Positions 1 through 12,290 of a stretch of 64,000 nt of DNA are shown piece by piece. The stretch covers positions 76,324,001 to 76,388,000 of the forward strand of contig NC_045696.1 in NCBI RefSeq assembly GCF_009834535.1, read 5' to 3'. Numbering within the stretch: the first letter of the stretch is position 1; each line of letters begins with the position of its first letter. Made by a program: the position numbers and the translations under genes. The stretch comes from Camelus ferus (lineage: Eukaryota). The notes below the pieces were generated by a model, which was not told the DNA's origin, made no database searches, and saw only the letters and a program-made list of their open reading frames with translations.

Positions 1-431
1 CCAAGAAGAGATTTAGTTACAGTGAAGCTATACTTTGCTTTTTACATTAATGTGTTGCTGTTTGCTTGTTTTGTTTTCTTTTAATTTTTAACCAAACTCT
101 AAGACAGGGTACATGGGTCATGGCTTTAAAAGAATATATCAGCTATGTTAGAGTCATATTAGCTATCAATGTAGGATTTTGATTTAACCTCTTCACTTTC
201 CTTACATAAAAATGTGAACATACACCTGATTTTATGAAGATGAAATGAATAATTAATGTAAAATCCTGGAACTTTCTCTCTTACTCCTATGCATGCCCTT
301 TCATTTGTTTATTCATTCAGTTCATATATTTTGATCACCTGCTACTGACATACTCTATTAAACTTTTTGTCCCTATAAATCCTGCCTATGTCAAGCGTTC
401 ATGTTTTAGTCTGCTCAGCACTGGTTTCCCT

Positions 432-813
432 CTTCTTTTTCGCCAAGCTTCATTGAGATATAATTGACACAATATTGTATAAGTTTAAGGTCCACAATGA
501 TTTGATATATGTATATACAGCAAAATGTTTCCACAATAAGGTTAGCACATCCTTTACCTCACATAACTATCATTTTGATTACTGTTATGGTGAGAACATT
601 TAAAGTCTACTCTTAGCAGCCTTCAACTATTCACTACAGTATCAGTAACTATAGCCACCATGCTGTACATTAGATTTCTAGAACTTCCTCCTCCTATACG
701 TAAAAGTTTATTTTCCATTTTTCCCCGTCTCCCCTACTCCCAGCCCCTGGTAACCACCATTCTACTCTGCTTCTGTGAGTTTAGCTTTTTTACATTCCAC
801 ACACAAGTCACAT
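432..813 (-). mobile_element. Old L1 (L1MA/L1MB-like) 3' end fragment
   Basis: T-rich tail followed by ttcattgagatataattgaca...aagtttaaggt...cagcccctggtaaccaccattctactct...ttccac, typical of a reverse-oriented eutherian L1 3'UTR. Confidence 0.75.
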
Positions 814-829
814 TTTTCCCTCTTCTTAA

Positions 830-1200
830 GGTTATAGTGCAACCCTCTGACCACAGGTGTGGACATTTGACCCAAGCTGGCTGCCATGATTTCTCCTCTT
901 GGCCCAGTGCTGCTTCGCGGGCACGCTCATTGCCCCAACCAGATCAATCAGAGTGCTTCTTAGGATTTTTCAAACTAGAGCTGGGAAAGAGCCTTTTTTC
1001 CCTCTGGACTTAAGACTTCAAAGATGTAAGCACAAGTGGCTAGCAGTCCTCATTCCAGTCACCAAGTTGAGAATTTTGAGAATGAAGCCAACCCACAGAG
1101 GGAAGAAAACAGAAGGAAAAAAAAGAGAAAAAATCCTTGGTCTTCCTAGGGGCTGATTATAGGAGTCAGTCAATGTAACCCTATTTACTAAGCTACCTTG
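830..1200. mobile_element. Possible ancient ERVL-type LTR remnant (LTR33/LTR16-like)
   Basis: Motifs caggtgtggacatttgacccaagctgg and ccagatcaatcagagt resemble LTR33-class consensus; degraded. Confidence 0.3.
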
Positions 1201-1869
1201 CGGTGGTTCCCTCTCCGGTGCCATCAGAGAGTGCCGGCTGACAGGGCCCCTTCCGAGGCCTCACGCGATTCCCTTTCCCCTCCCCTGTGGGACACCCCGA
1301 CTTCTCCCCTGCAGGCAGCACGGCCCTGGATGCCACACAACTGGCCTCTGACGCTGTATGTCAACCACTGTTGTGCAATTCTCTTTTTACCAAACATTGT
1401 GCTTCTTAGTGGCAGAGGCCTCAACACTGAACACATAGTAGGTGCTCAAAAAATAAGATAAACTGAATACTCTAAAACTATTAAAGCTAGAAAGGGTCTT
1501 AGAGAATCAGTTGGAAATTCTCTGGAAACTCAGAAAAACAGAGACTTTTCTTTCTACAATATTATTCCCTGGGAGGAAGCAAGAAGATAGTTATATAAGT
1601 GTACACTGCAGTTCTTCTAGAATAATCACAAAATGGTGTAACATCAAACCGGCCCACATATAAGGGTGTATGTGTGTAAGTGCAACCAGACCTGCCTTAT
1701 TATAAGGGAGTATTCATGCTCAGAGGATGCCTGAGTCCAACCGTAAGTCATTCTCCCAAAAACAAAGCACACCATATAAAACTTTATGTGAGTTCAGCAA
1801 TATACTTCAGAAACATGCATATCTTTCAGGCTGCACTTCTGTTTTGGACAACTGACCCTAAGACAAGAA

Positions 1870-2310
1870 TTGGGAAGTGTTTACAGAGATTTAGCCATGA
1901 AGATTTTCATTACAACACTGTGAAAAACTGCAAGTGATTGAAAAATATTAAATTATTCATAGGGGATTGGTTAAAGAAATTCATGGCCTATTCATTCATT
2001 GGGATTCCATTTTTAAAAATCGTGACAAAGATGTTCACATTACTGTTAAATGAAATAGAGTAGGTATCAAAATGGTGTGTCTATAGAATGACTGCATTTT
2101 TTGTTTATACATTTAACTGTACACAGGTATATACATGTGAACATACAAAAGCTGGAAGAATATTCATTGAGATGTTAACCGGATATATCTCTGGATTGTA
2201 GCATTATATATGAGTTAGACTTTCTCTTATTTTGCTTATCTTTATTTATTTTCTTTATTCATCTTCACCATGAATATATATACACATATTTTTATGTAAT
2301 TGGAAAACAA
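1870..2310 (+). mobile_element. Ancient L1ME-like 3' fragment
   Basis: aggggattggttaaagaaattcatgg...gctggaagaatattcattgagatgttaac resembles L1ME 3' region. Confidence 0.5.
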
Positions 2311-2344
2311 CAAGAACAATTTTTTAAATATACAGGAAAATGTT

Positions 2345-2485
2345 CTTAGAGAACATCCAATCCAAAATCCTCATGTTGCAGGGGAGGAAATTAAGGCCCA
2401 GAGAAGTTAAGCAGCTTGCCCAAGGTCCTAAAGTTAGAAAAGTTAGCACCCCATGCCAGGGCAGAGTTCTTTCCACCAGACCAGC
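2345..2485 (+). mobile_element. MIR SINE
   Basis: MIR core: gaggaaattaaggcccagagaagttaagcagcttgcccaaggtc. Confidence 0.7.
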
Positions 2486-3366
2486 CACTAGGGGTATCAT
2501 GTTTAAAAATTCCAGCTGACTTCATTTAACTGCGTTTGGAAACAATCTTCCTAACACAAGCATACTTAAGTATGGGAGCAGCAGCGAACAAATGCACCTT
2601 GAATTTCATCTCAAGCACTGGCTTCAGTGCTTTAAAAAAAATAATGCTGATACTCCCTCCTGGCACTGTATCATAGGATGGGATTTATTATGGGACTGGG
2701 ACCAAATTCTTCAATTAATAGGCAGAACATAGGTTTAATACTAGTGAAGTCATACTTTTGCAGCTGCCCTGCTACTCAACTCTTCCACAGCTTAATTTGC
2801 TACCTTTGTGATTTTAACAAATCGAAAGATTATGTGTGTGTTCATTTATAATAATTGTCTATATGCTTCCACTAACTTACAAAGATTCAATGATTTTCAG
2901 GAATCATAACAGACCATGACCTATAAATTCAATTTCCAATGGCAAAATCCCCTGACCAAAGTGGATGCTGATGACGAACTAATGTGCTCTGTAACAATCT
3001 GTTTTGAGCACCGAATTGACCTGTAAGTGTTCCAGATACTGCCTGACGAAAATGGGTTTTATTATTTTCCATTAGCAGCTGCTACAGCAAAATGAACGGC
3101 CAGTTCACAAGGGAAATAAAAGTGCTTCCCTCTCTGCAGTCGCCTCTGCTGCAAATGTAAACAAAGCCAGCTCCTCCTCCTCCCTCCTCCTTCTCCCACC
3201 TTGTGCTGCACTGAAATTTCCACACTCAAGAGCCACGGCTGGCAAAACCTGCCTGAGTCAGGCATCTAATTAAAGCTTAATGGAATTTAATTTTTTTACA
3301 GAGCACCTACTATGCACTCAGCAATGTGCTGATGGTTGGTACACGGGGAAAATAGGGAGACAGCAT

Positions 3367-3385
3367 GGGGCGGGGGGGGGGGGGG
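3367..3385. repeat. Poly-G tract (G4-C-G14)
   Basis: Seen directly. Confidence 0.9.
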
Positions 3386-3484
3386 CAACACATTGGAAAA
3401 AGTGCTTCCTGCCCTGAAAACCATCACTGAGCCTTCAGATTGGTTCTTTGTTATTAAAACAAGTGCCTATGTTGTTAATGTACA

Positions 3485-3850
3485 TAACATCTAGTTCTCA
3501 CAACAGCCTTACAAAATAGATATCATTATCCCTATTTGACACACATGGAAAAATGAACCCCAGAGAGGTTACTTAATGGACACAGTTGATAAGTGGGAGA
3601 GTTGGGATTCCAATGGGCTCTCACTGGCACTTAGGTCTGCATCCTTAGCGATCCCGGCGAGGTGTAGTGGGAAGGACCCAAGATTCATTAGCAGGAGACC
3701 TGTGTTCTACTCCCAGCCCAGCCACCTGCAAGCTCCATGTGATTTTAGGCAGGTATCCAAACCTCAGTTTCTTTACCCGTAAAAAGGAATGATAACACCT
3801 ATCTCACATGGATGATACAATATTCAACCAAATTAAATAGTGTAGGTAAA
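3485..3850. mobile_element. Two adjacent MIR fragments in opposite orientation
   Basis: Plus-strand core (tcacaacagcct...attatccctatttgac...cagagaggttac) followed by minus-strand core (cctcagtttctttacccgtaaaaaggaatgataacacctatctcac). Confidence 0.6.
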
Positions 3851-4319
3851 AATAAAAAAATCCAGATAAACAGTACCAAAAAATGTACCATTTGAACAAT
3901 TATAGGTATTCCAAAGTTAACCCTGCTGGGAAAAAAGGGAGTTAGTTTTGGAATGGTTAAAAAAAAAAAAAATGTGTGTCCTCCAACTGAATTTAAGCAC
4001 TTGACGTTCCATGGTTAACTCTGCCTGTCAGCTACACGCAGATCTTGTAGGAAGTCTCTGTTGCCATCACAGTGGTCTCCTCTACCCTTGGTTGTTTCTT
4101 GCATTTCTGAAGAATCATTCAGTGCTGTCTTTGTTACTACAAGTTAAGCACAAGGCCTCTCCCAATCTCTCCACTTTTGACATTTGCATCCTGAGAAATA
4201 ATCTTTTTGGCAAATGCACACATGCATGCATATAAGCGAGGTATACCATTTAAAGAAATCATTTCTCCAAGGATTTATTAAGTTTCCTTCCAGAGAGACA
4301 GTGAAAAAATCTCTCCAAG

Positions 4320-5260
4320 GTGTTATACAAAAACCACTTCCTCTGCTGGCTTCTATTTTCCTTCTTGCTGGCTAAATGAAAGCTTCACCCGAAGTTCTTT
4401 CCTCTGACCTCTCTTTTCTCACAACTGTCTCCCTGGTGTTCTCACCTAATTCCACAGTTTCAACACTCACCTAAAACATGTGATTCCTAAATCTCTCTCT
4501 AACCGGGACCTCCTCCCCAGCTCCTAATCTGCACTCTTAGTTCTCTGCCTACCAGAAACACCACACATCCCTGACACCCCAAGTTGAGAACTATAAATCC
4601 AGAACCCGTGTGTCAGCCTATGTTCCTTTTCTGCTCAAGGTACCACCATCTTCCATGTCAAGATACAAACTAGCAGACATCTTTCCCTCTTTCTGCCTTC
4701 ATGCCTTTTCAAACATATCAGTCCTCTCTCTGCTACTTCATTGGTACCTCTGTCCTTCATCTCCATCACTCCTACCCCTCTCCTAGTTACATTAGCTCGT
4801 GTTGACTCACCACAGCCTCCTAACTGACTTCCCTGCTTTCAGTCTCTCTCTCCCCTAATTCATTGTATACACTGCTAACCAACTGGTACATCTCTTAAAT
4901 AGAGCTCTGATCATGTCGCTCCACGACTCAAACTGCTGCAGCCATTGCTCGCTGACAGAAGAGAGCACAAAACCAGAGGAGGCCCTCCACGGTCTGGCTG
5001 CCACTAACCCTGCTAGCCTTGTGGCTCCTGCTCACCTGAACATTCCCATATTTCAACTAAACAAGTCTAGTTGCCATTAACAATACAAGCCCTTTATTCT
5101 CCTTCCGTTAATGTTTTCATGTTTTCCCCTCACCCTGGAGGCCTTTCTTCCTTAATGATGGCCTTTTAAAATCCTCCATCCACACTGGGGCCCAGCTCAA
5201 AGGTCTCCCAGATTTGTACTCCGACTAAACTGGTGCTGTAGCATGGACCACATCTGACTT
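4320..5260 (-). mobile_element. L2 LINE fragment
   Basis: Pyrimidine-rich degraded L2-like text, e.g. cagcctcctaactgacttccctgctttcagtctc and tctgatcatgtcgctcc. Confidence 0.65.
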
Positions 5261-5519
5261 GGGGTGATTCTGCATCACTTCATCTCTAATCGAAGGACCT
5301 GGCAACAGTACACTTCCATTTCTTCCTTCCCAGTCTTGGCTATTTTGTCAGATATTTCACTTTGGCAGACGTTATAAGCCCAACAACACATAGGTATTTC
5401 ACCTCCCTTTTAAAGACACGTAAACCATAAGAACACAAGTGTCTACACTTAACTGCACTTTGCAGCTTCGGGCCCATCTGCTCCCCCATCACTGAAGCAA
5501 ATTCCTCTGGGTACTCTAC

Positions 5520-6050
5520 CATGAATTATGGGGTTTTCCAGTCTATCTGGTAGGAACAGAAACAGTTCCCAGCCTCCTGTGTGATGATCCTTGAGGGCTG
5601 TTTTTCTTGCTCCATGAAGATGGCTCTTCCCCAGCCTGAAGACAGCTTTCTCAATCACATGCCCATATCAGCACTTAGCTGACTGCTCAAGGGGCACCCT
5701 TAGCAGAGCTCCAGAGTCTTCTCTTTGTTCAACTCTCTCCCCTCCAGAGACCCACCCTGCAAATTCCAGTGGCCTTGGCCTCCCCAGACTCCCAGTTCTA
5801 TCTCTCAGCTCAAGAAGACCACTAGGCTCTGTCTAGCTTCCCTCTCCCCTCTCATGGCCTGGAAACTCTGCAGGTAGCAAGGGGAGAGATTCACAGGGCC
5901 CACACACCTCGTCCGCTTCCCACCTCTCAGGGTTCACTGCCCTTCCTTACCTCTGGTCTGAAATCTTTTTCATACATCTGATCTGTCTTTTCAGTTGTTT
6001 CAGGCAGTGGAGTAAATCCAGTTCCTGTCATTCCTTCGCAACTAGCAGCA
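5520..6050 (-). mobile_element. Ancient L1M (L1MC/L1MD-like) 5' end fragment
   Basis: Ends with cagttgtttcaggcagtggagtaaatccagttcctgtcattcc, resembling the reverse complement of old L1M 5' termini. Confidence 0.5.
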
Positions 6051-7336
6051 ACAATTTTAGAGAGTCCCAAATTTAAAGATCCCTTTCAGTTCATAAACCA
6101 GTTGCATCCAGCAGACAACTGCAAAGCAGAGTCAGGTGCCAGGCATACGTAGCCTACCTTGTAGCCAGTGCCAAAACAAGAGCTAGTCTTCTCTGGGGAG
6201 CCCACTGTTAAATTATCAGTTGCTGAATAATTCATGGTTAAACAGAAAGAACTTTTACAGATGTATCTGGACTGGAGTCTCAAGTACCCAAATCTGTGAT
6301 AGATTCCTTTGAATGATCTGAAGACTTGAAAATTCATTTCATTAATTACAAGTAACTTTTACATGTCAACTGGTTATCTTAAATCACTCGTTCAAACATG
6401 TGTATGAGGCTATCATGTTTTCCATGCATGTATTTTCCAATAAGCCAGAATCCAGAATACATGTTGCATACGGAGCCTATACAATGAATGGAAACCTTCC
6501 CTCGTTCCTTTGCTAAATTCCCTTCGTTCTTTACATTTTAGCCTCACATTTTACCCCCAAATTCTAATTCCTTAATCTTTTCTTAGGAGGAAGACAAGGC
6601 ATAAATGCAAAGAAAGGTAACTGGCAGGGAAAGAGAGCCAATGAGATAATACAAATCATAACTCTTCTAGGGCTTCAGAGCAGGGATGAGGGATTTTACA
6701 GATGAGGAATCTGAGACAAAAAAAAAAAAAAAAAGCTGAGTAACTTACTTAAAGTTAACATGCAGTGAATATCAAAATTAATATTCTAGCCCTATTCTGT
6801 TGGTTGCCAGGGCCCACATACCATACTGTCCCCAAACTCCTACATTACTACTGTAGTTTAAACAATTCCAGATGGGGTCAACTTCTAGACTCTCCACATA
6901 TCTACAAATGACAGTTGTAAAGACAGCACAGTTTAGGTCTCCTGTATCTGTGCTCCGAGGAGTGTTAGAATTTTGGGTTCGGAGGTTTCAGTTATGACAG
7001 CGGTGGTAGTTGTGGTATTTTCTCAATGTCCTTGATGTCCAAGTTTGGCTGTGACCCTCTGGTTGTGCAGCAATGATACTTCTGGCTAGGGCATATTCAT
7101 TTGGAGGGATTCCTTTCTCTCCTCGATTATTTAATAATACTGCTTTAAAAAAGGGTATCACCCCAAGGCTGCCAGGCTCTCTTGAGTCAGGAATGGAGGT
7201 CTGAGAACTGGGAATGAGAAAAACACTGGGAGGCCAAAGCAAGTGGCCCTTGATTCAGACTAAGCTGATGAGGTCCACACTTCGGTTTTGCTATATAGTT
7301 TGCTGAGGATTTCAAAGCAAAGGTCACAGTGTGTTC

Positions 7337-7463
7337 AAAGGAAGGAAGGAAGGGAAGAAAAGAGAGAGAAAGAAGAAAGGAGGGAAGGAGAAAGGCAAGG
7401 AAGGAGAGAAAGAAATTGGGAAGGAAGAAAAGAAGGAAGAGAAAGAGAGAGAAAAAAGAAGAA
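7337..7463. repeat. Polypurine (GGAA/GAAA/GA) low-complexity tract
   Basis: About 127 nt almost exclusively A/G on the plus strand. Confidence 0.95.
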
Positions 7464-9044
7464 ATATTGCTCTTTGAGCTTTCAGAGTAAAAGGGAAAAT
7501 CCCTAGGATCACAGCCAATTGTCATGGGAGAAATTTTTCTTTCTGATCTATTTTTGGCAGTCAGTTCAACTTCATGCATCATTGTTTTACTTATGGCATG
7601 TACAGTAGCCAGAGAGAAACCCATAATATCTTTTCTGTCTGGTGGGAATCTTATATTCCTATGCACAGTGACAAATGGCCTGATCATAACAATTTTTTTT
7701 TCTTCAAGCATCATAGTGTTTTAAATATCTCTGAATCTGTGGAACATATTTAAAGGGAGTAGGACTACTACAACATACCAAACACAGACCATGGTACAGA
7801 TGAGCAGAGAGTGTGGAACAGTTGGAGGGGTATCATTTGTACAGAGGCTGTCAATGAACACAAAGCCATGGAGGATGAGGAATGTGAAAGAATAAAGGAT
7901 ACCCAGGCTACAGAAGCATCCCTTTTGAGGATTTTTTTTTTCCTTTTAAATTAAGAATAGTACTCAAATATTTAAGCAAGGGCAGAAAAAATAGACTTAA
8001 TCCTGGGAAAAAATAATTACAAATGGCTTAAGTCAGCTTACAATTTTCCCCCACCTTATCCTTTATTTCCACTTTAACCTTCTGGAAAAGGCCGTGTTTT
8101 GCGGTACAGGTTCTGAATCATGCTTATTCACTTCTTCAGTTGTTCCTATCCTTTAGTGGAGAATTTTCAAAACCGTGAAATCTCAGAAAAATATTTGTGA
8201 CATTTGAAACTGACTCACGTTTCCTAGTTTTTCATGAAACAATGACATTCATTCCCTTTGATGCTCTCATCTAACTCCACAGGAAATTTTACTCCCGAGC
8301 TGCTTTCATCTCTTTCCTGGTTTGAAGATAAATGATCCTTGGTCTCCTTTAGACCTGCATAAATCACAAAGCAATCTACTAAGAGATGCCTGTGGCAAGC
8401 AGCTTCAACTAGAATCAAAAGGACAGTCAGAAATATCCATATTGCTTACACAAGGAGGAACCGAGGCAAAGTAATCCAAATACTGCATTCCCTTTTCTTA
8501 TACATACAAAGCATGGTGCACAGGGGCTGTTGAGAAACATGAATTAGCTCCTCTCTGATGTGAAGCACCATGGCGTCTGTTACAGGTAACTTGAACTTCC
8601 CTGCTCTTCCTCAACAAGAATGTGGTCTGATGGAAATCCAATTCTTAACAAGGAATACAATGATCAGAAACTCCATTTCTTTGATTTTTCTTAATTATTA
8701 TTTATTTTTTGTCTTATTACATGGGCAATATTAATGGGATACCAAGAGGAAGAGAAAAAGGTCATCAACCACAACCCTGCCATCCAGTGAGTTAATACTT
8801 CCATTTGTCTGTACACGTGCATTATTTTTCCATAGAACCTGCTGTAGCCAAGATGTAATTTTCCATTGCTTTTTTTTTTCACTTAACAAAGGCATTTTTC
8901 TTGTTGCATATATAATCTTATTGGCCAAGGAATGGAATTGCATCAGGTGATCTGTACCTACAATTTAGTTAACTTGCATCCTGTTGGATCATGAGACTTT
9001 AAAAAGTAGCATAAAAAAATAGTTACCAGCCCACAGTCTGCAAC

Positions 9045-9280
9045 TAAACTGGGTTTGAACCCAAGTTCTGCCATTATTGGTCCAGAGAACTTTTTGATTG
9101 CTCTTTTTCTAGGCCTCCAACTTTATCTGTCTATAAAAATGGGGAAAGCATTCCTTTAAAGCATCTCCTTTAAAGAATTATTGTGAGAATTCAATAAGAC
9201 AGAGCATGTAAAATCCATAGCATCTCTCAGCTCATAGTGACCACTCAAGAGATGTTGACTATTTTTATTATTAATAATAA
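9045..9280 (-). mobile_element. MIR SINE
   Basis: ctgggtttgaacccaagttctgcca...tctgtctataaaaatgggg...ttgtgagaattcaataaga. Confidence 0.65.
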
Positions 9281-11199
9281 TAATAAATTTTATTTTTTAG
9301 CTAATACAAGTATGCAAGCAGATAAAAGAAAAATCCTCCAATTTACTGAAGAGGGATGAAGTCCGATCTGCAGCTTTCCCCATTGTTATACGATTTTCCC
9401 ACCATAGCCTCCCTTCTGAATAGCAAAAGGGGCTCCCCCAGCAGGCCATGGTGCAGGACCCTAAGTATATCTTGCATAATAGAGTTGAGGTCACTATTGG
9501 CCTATCACCCAGAACATAGCATTGAGGGGGAAAACTTAGACATCCGTTAAGTCCAGCTGCCACGTTGTGTCAAAAGGGAATTGAGGCCTTGAGAGGTAAA
9601 ATGATTTGCCCAAAGTTGCAATGAACAGGATTCAACCACAAACTCCCATTTGCCTTAGATCGTTGCTTCCATTCTGCTGCAAGTCTGGCCCTGTTTACAC
9701 AGTACTGAGGATATCTACAGGAATTTATGCCATGAACTTAGTGTCCCAGCCCTGAAGTCTTGCTCAGCCTCCTTGCTTCTGTAGTGAGGTCACCTTTCCT
9801 GGAAATCCCTGTGATTTCTTCCTGAAAACCCTCAGCCATGCGTGTGGCAATGAGATCAAACCAAAACTAATGATTACACTGTAAGTACAGTAAGTGAACT
9901 CCTTGATTGAACAAAGTCAAAACCACATTCAAATCTAAAACGTCATTTTCTTATACTTCAAAAACAGAACCATTGAGTTCTTCTTTATTTGCTCTCTTTT
10001 CCTTTTTTTCCCAGTTCCTTTCTATATCTGTGTGTTTAATTATTCATTTCTTTCCTCTGGCACTAGAAGAACCCAAATTTTTCTAAAAGATCATTTCAAG
10101 TTAGTTACAATTTGACCTAAAACAGGAAGTGTTCATTACAGCATAGTGAGGAAATCTATTCTCAGTCACAACATATAGAGAGGTTTCGTTAAAGTATGAA
10201 CAAGCATCTGAATTACAGTTTATCTACAAGCCTATCACTACTGTTAATCAGAAAAAAACACATTTCCGATAAAGCTTGTCACCTGAAGTAATCTTTACAA
10301 AAACTTGAAAAATCCACTGGCCATCAGTTGGCTTTCCCCTGTAGGTATCTGTAGCTTTGTTTTCACACATCATTGTGTTTAAAAAATATATATATTAGGC
10401 TCTTTTCACCTTTGACAGAGAAACTGTAAGTTACGTGAGCATAAAATTTTTAGGATTTTAAAGAAATCTAGCTTTAGATGATTCTAAAATCTTGCATCCA
10501 CTAATTCAAATTAGCTAAGTTGAGTGTTGCCAAGCAGAGAAAATGAATAAAAAGGAGGTGCAATTAGCCTAGCTTTAATATGAAAATAATTGCTTCAAAA
10601 ATGCTTGGTTCTGTTGAAGAGGCTAAATGTTACCGAAGTATAATATAGCTCCACTTACATCAAATTTCCACAAGTTTCAAATTCATGTCGGTTGAGTTAA
10701 TAAGAGGTTTACTGGGTTTACTTTTTTCTTTCACAACAGCATTAGGTTTATAGGAAAATCTTATTTTGCAGCCTTGCTCTTGGGAAGTCTCATTCCTTTT
10801 TCCCTTTCCATGTGCCCCATACTCTCCACCACGCAGACTCACCTGCCTGTTACCACCCCCAAAGCAAAGCCAAGAAGAGAAGCTCTGCCTTGTGTTACAG
10901 TTAAACAAAATCAATACAGATTTACCACACTACCACTGTGTGCGCAATATAATACAAGTTGATGTGAAAATGAAAAGACCTGTGCCGGAATCGTGGGCTT
11001 TACAAACCACATGGTATTTCCTTGTGTCCACGGTAAATGTAGCCCAAACAATGAGCTCCATGGGCAGTGAGGCAGGGGAAAGCCTGAGAACAACATGGAC
11101 TTGGCCAGGCGCTTCCACCTTCTAGATGCTGGAGCAAGCCAGGGCAGACCCTCACTTTTGAGAAGCAGTTTCCAAATCTTTTACATAAGCACCTCCTCC

Positions 11200-11415
11200 A
11201 ACAGTAGCTACCACTTACTGAGCTCTTGCTTTAGGCCAAGCTGAGCACATTCAGTCTTTGCAACAACCTGATAAAGTAGAAATTGTGATCCCCATTTTCA
11301 TGGATGTGGAAACTTTGGCACAGATGGTTCAAGTTGTTCAAGTGGCAAAACTTGAAAAGTGGCAAAGCAAGAATGTGAACTCAGGACTAACACAAAAGCC
11401 AAACTTCTCAGTCAG
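11200..11415 (+). mobile_element. MIR SINE
   Basis: gctaccacttactgagc...ccccattttcatggatgtggaaact. Confidence 0.6.
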
Positions 11416-12149
11416 ACTCTAATCACCTACTTTACCAGTATCTTTACCTCCCACCTCCACCTTTGTCTGTGCCTCCAAAATCCTTCCATCTGGGAAGATC
11501 AGGCTCATTATAAAGAAACAGAAAGAAAAAGCTTTGAGCTAGAATGTAAACCTTAGTTATAGCCATCAGCAACCTCTCTTTTACTATTATTATTGCACTA
11601 AGCTATATAACATGAAATGTTGTTGCCCGGCGTTGTACTAAAGATATATTGACTAAATATAAAACAAGCCCATTAACTTTTAAGAATTTTCTTCTCCAAA
11701 TTCCGTATGGAATGTGCAAATTAATTAAGCTCTAGAGCTATAAACTGGAGATAATCAGTCTTAACCAGCTGAAGAGCTACTATGTCATCCAGTAGTCAGA
11801 AAACTACCAAATAATTAAGCACATTTCTGACATAAAAAAGCACATAAATGTTTTATTATAAAATAACAGTACATTCATCCAAATGGCTAAATAGAAGTTG
11901 CTGCCTGAGTCTCAGTATTTTTCAACTCAGAAAGAGGTCTGGGATTAATATCCGGTTTCCAGGGCCCATCAATTCCTTAACTACAGACTAGGCTGGTGAT
12001 CTAATGTCAGGGAAAACAGTTACTAACTCGGTTTTAAAGTTGATTATGTCTAAAAGGCAATAATAATTGCAAAACTGCTACATTTTATTTGTTTTGTCAT
12101 TAAGAGGATGATCCTATTTTTTAACAGGGTTTATATGTCAGCTCTATAA

Positions 12150-12290
12150 CACTGTAGAAAGTTATTTAACCTCTCCAAGCCTCATCTGTAAAAAGGGGGT
12201 AAAGACTCTCTCACAGGGTCACTTAACACACTGCCCTTAGCACGATGCCTGGTACACAATGTGGACTATTCAATAAAGGGTAGCTATTAT
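12150..12290 (-). mobile_element. MIR SINE
   Basis: aagttatttaacctctccaagcctcatctgtaaaaaggggg...gcctggtacaca. Confidence 0.65.

Noticed and set aside
7187..7714. 175-aa minus-strand ORF and overlapping ORFs
   Set aside because: Length is inflated by the stop-free purine/pyrimidine tract; no recognisable domain or convincing splice sites
8219..8354. Minus-strand exon-like segment (tgcag acceptor, GTGAGT donor)
   Set aside because: Stop codons in all three frames; no support as a coding exon
8566..8592. Strong Kozak CACCATGG giving MASVT followed by CAG/GTAACT
   Set aside because: Matches the first residues of RAB3B and GALM only over five amino acids; no promoter or downstream matching exon in the window
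10659..10888. Minus-strand consensus donors (GTAAGT at 10658, GTGAGT at 10842) with a short hydrophobic frame
   Set aside because: Such hexamers occur by chance every few kb; weak acceptor and no recognisable product
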